From Podarcis tiliguerta (taxonomy: Eukaryota), in the NCBI GenBank assembly GCA_965153285.1, contig OZ229113.1: a stretch of DNA of 64,000 nt, one strand, 5' to 3'. Positions within the stretch are counted from its first letter, which is position 1; each line of letters opens with the position of its first letter. Positions 61,901-64,000 of the stretch are shown here, piece after piece. The position numbers and the translations under genes are program-made. The notes under the pieces were generated by a model, which worked only from the letters and a program-made list of their open reading frames with translations, did not search any database and was not told where the DNA came from.

Positions 61901-62651
61901 TAAATTAAACAAACCTAAACCTATCCTGATTCCAACTAATGGTTCCCGGGGTGATTTACTGAGCTTTTTGTAAATCCGTGACAGGTTTTGGGGGTTTTAA
62001 AAAAATGTTCTTCTTCCTGCAGTTCAAGAATCCCTACTCCCCGAGAAGTGGAAATTTGAAAATCAGTATCGTGGCAGAGAGCTTCCTGGATTTCTCAATT
62101 ACAAGACGTTTGAGATGATTACAAGGAAATATATCACCAATCTAGAAATACCAGCTGTTGATATTCTAACTAGAGTTACAGGCAAGTCCATTTATTAAAT
62201 TTAGATTTCTGGCTACTGGGACAGTGTAAGTTGTTTTAAATCATTTTAAATGTTGCAGTTGTACCCGCCATAGGACTTTAGGGTGAAAGGTGTGTAATAA
62301 AGGAGATTGATTATACATAACATAAAAATATGAAAGGGGTTTTCAAATACTATCTATATATAATAAAAGCACATGCAATGTAAGTGATTTTGCTTGAGCT
62401 GTGAAACCTCCAACATTTATATTTTTGTAAAAGGGCTGTAGGAAAAAATGAATGGAATTGTTAATGGTTTGGGTGTGTGCAACATTTTTACCAAAATACA
62501 TGTGAGAAAGCAAGAAATTATTTTTCTACACAGATTCTGATCATTTGGTGTATTCTCTCCCCCCCCCCTTTCAGAAATAGTGCGTCAAGGTTTTGTGGCG
62601 ATTGCTAAAAGCCATTTTGAAGGATTTCATAATCTTCATTCGGAAGCCAAG
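50105..62651 (+). CDS. MX1: Mx interferon-induced dynamin-like GTPase, paralogue B, 3'-incomplete in window (MX1/MX2 orthology unresolved)
   Basis: join(50105-50383,52169-52361,52867-53004,54225-54379,54656-54794,55371-55569,56133-56211,56340-56462,57723-57864,62023-62181,62575-62651...). Frame open throughout with [26 protein letters not shown] and YRGRELPGF; the L4 and GED exons are not in the window. Confidence 0.94.
50612..50826. mobile_element. Tigger-like MITE family 2
   Basis: agtcatacctt...aggtatgactg. Confidence 0.75.
51277..51526. mobile_element. Tigger-like MITE family 2
   Basis: Homologous to the 16342 copy. Confidence 0.75.
52169..52361 (+). CDS. MX1: Mx-B exon (P-loop)
   Basis: [18 protein letters not shown]...[23 protein letters not shown]. 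Confidence 0.96.
52867..53004 (+). CDS. MX1: Mx-B exon
   Basis: [14 protein letters not shown]...VEIEIRK. Confidence 0.95.
53836..54081. mobile_element. Tigger-like MITE (CpG-rich, young)
   Basis: TA|CAGTCATACCTCGGG...GATACCACTG|TA; related to the 22972 copy. Confidence 0.78.
54225..54379 (+). CDS. MX1: Mx-B exon
   Basis: AQNIIAGDG...[26 protein letters not shown]. Confidence 0.95.
54656..54794 (+). CDS. MX1: Mx-B exon
   Basis: [46 protein letters not shown]. Confidence 0.95.
55371..55569 (+). CDS. MX1: Mx-B exon
   Basis: [14 protein letters not shown]...[15 protein letters not shown]...FFEKHKCF. Confidence 0.95.
55617..55997 (+). mobile_element. L2-type LINE 3' fragment with (TTA)n tail
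   Basis: ggcctcggtcctgtatacctgaaggagc...gccttctcggtagtgg...tggaatgccct; tail (ATT)n. Confidence 0.7.
56133..56211 (+). CDS. MX1: Mx-B exon
   Basis: [26 protein letters not shown]. Confidence 0.93.
56340..56462 (+). CDS. MX1: Mx-B exon
   Basis: [11 protein letters not shown]...GEKQYFLAE. Confidence 0.93.
57723..57864 (+). CDS. MX1: Mx-B exon
   Basis: KIEHFIADV...QGEE...[13 protein letters not shown]. Confidence 0.93.
58571..61424 (+). mobile_element. BovB (RTE clade) LINE, near full length, frameshifted
   Basis: APE endonuclease ([25 protein letters not shown]) and RT ([18 protein letters not shown]) split across frames; (CAA)n tail; 9-bp TSD aaaccaact at 58562-58570 and 61425-61433. Confidence 0.95.
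61613..61858 (-). mobile_element. Sauria SINE, partial
   Basis: Reverse complement of the same SINE body. Confidence 0.82.
62023..62181 (+). CDS. MX1: Mx-B exon (ends at a GC donor)
   Basis: [21 protein letters not shown]...PAVDIL; 159 nt, same as the Mx-A exon. Confidence 0.93.
62575..62651 (+). CDS. MX1: Mx-B exon
   Basis: [26 protein letters not shown]; 77 nt. Confidence 0.92.
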
Positions 62652-63165
62652 GTAAGAACAACATGATGCAGATTTAAACTCTCTTGGATGTGTGGAGCTG
62701 CTGGCAGGCAGAGGATGCTTTCCTGAGCTCCCCATTCATAATCTAAACATGATCATCAGAAAGGAGTGTCCCTGCCTGAAACCATCCTACCATCTGCTGT
62801 TAGCCAGCCATGATTACATGTAATGATGGGCTAAACTATGGTTTTATTTTCGGGAAAATTATTGGAATTTGTCCCTTTTCTAAAGAAAAAGCAGCTGTGG
62901 AGCCCACATGCCCTGGGACTCATCACCAGTTTCCCGCTGAAGATTAGTCCCCTCCTTAGCAGTAAACAGTATGGAGGACAGAGTGCATCCCTCACCCAGT
63001 GGAAGAACACATTCTGGGTTGCTCACCCATGATTGCTTATTTTTCTTCAAAATAAACATGAGCAGATTTTAAAAAGTTACGATAATGTAACATTCAGTTG
63101 GCCCCAGGTACTGTCATAGTGGGACAATCCCCATTTGTTTTGTTTCTCTTATTTGTTGCGGATAG

Positions 63166-63182
63166 TTTCTTTTCTTTTCTTT

Positions 63183-63230
<48 letters not shown>

Positions 63231-63241
63231 TTTTTTTTTTT
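63166..63241. repeat. (TTTC)n microsatellite
   Basis: Directly visible. Confidence 0.95.
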
Positions 63242-64000
63242 GGATCACATCTATTGTATTCCAGCATCATGCTAAACTACAGTTCAGTGAAACATGAATG
63301 ATCCTCACTACCTCCAAGGCTGCTTTTGAGCAGCTGGGAGGATGAGTTCATAGTATTTCATTTTTCAGCCATCCCTACTTTCCCTGTGCTAATAACTTGC
63401 TTTACCCATTATTGATACCAGCTAGTGCCCAGTAATGCTTTGTTGGATATGGGCCCTAATTTCTGTGTAACTTGATATCAGCTTGCTGCTTCTTGTGATC
63501 TCTTGAACCATTGTTCAGAGGTTAGAATAAGTCTGCTATTTTCTGTCTTGTTTATTTCATCTCATTTATCTCACTCTATCTTGGATTGTGCCATCTAACA
63601 TGTGCCATCTTCTGGGCCTCTTGGCCTGTGCCATTCAACTCACCGGGTCAGGATGGGACCAGGTTCCCCCCTACCCCCCCCCTCCTGATCATGAATTGCT
63701 TGCTGCTGTAATGAAAAAAGTTGTGCCCTAATTATTATCCACACACTGGTCTAGTCTGTGTCACTCCTTTGGTCCTTGGTGTGTGTCAAAATTGTGCATA
63801 TACCACATGTTTGCATTTCTTCTTCTGCATCATTTTCCTTTTAATCTAGCTCTGCTGTTTGTAGAAACTGGATGGGCAGTGCTGAAAAAAATTTCAAAAG
63901 CTGCAGGAGGGGTGGAAGTTTAGTTTTTCGCAAGCAGCTATCAAAAGCAACAGAACTTGTATGCAGTGAAGCAGAGTATTTCAGAGTATGAAATAAATTC

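Noticed and set aside
62652-64000. Mx-B as a truncated pseudogene
   Set aside because: All visible exons are intact; the missing L4 and GED exons are most simply beyond the window edge

Overview
Vertebrate genomic DNA, almost certainly a squamate and probably a lacertid lizard, judged from Sauria/Squam1 SINEs, Squam3-like SINEs with (CTT)n tails and BovB with (CAA)n tails. Three + strand genes were assembled by hand from splice sites and translation. (1) A complete 8-exon FAM3B (CDS 5998-20132, 234 aa) with a CpG-island promoter. (2) A complete Mx dynamin-like GTPase, here called Mx-A (13 coding exons, 27020-40656, 650 aa), downstream of a tandemly duplicated ISRE-containing promoter and first exon. 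(3) A second Mx paralogue, Mx-B, with an ISRE/CpG-island promoter near 45.2 kb and CDS from 50105; 11 coding exons are seen and the last two lie beyond the window. Introns carry BovB, CR1, L2, SINEs, Tc1/mariner MITEs, hAT elements and Penelope-like relics. Most notable observations: a young 250-bp Penelope-type inverted repeat with no visible mismatch, carrying two hammerhead ribozyme motifs inside an Mx-A intron; an MX2-like Arg-rich N-terminal extension with a leaky-scanning two-ATG layout in Mx-B; a gene-conversion tract over the P-loop exon of the two paralogues; a duplicated promoter whose copies have decayed in complementary ways; and a GC-AG intron. All alignments are by eye and no database searches were run.
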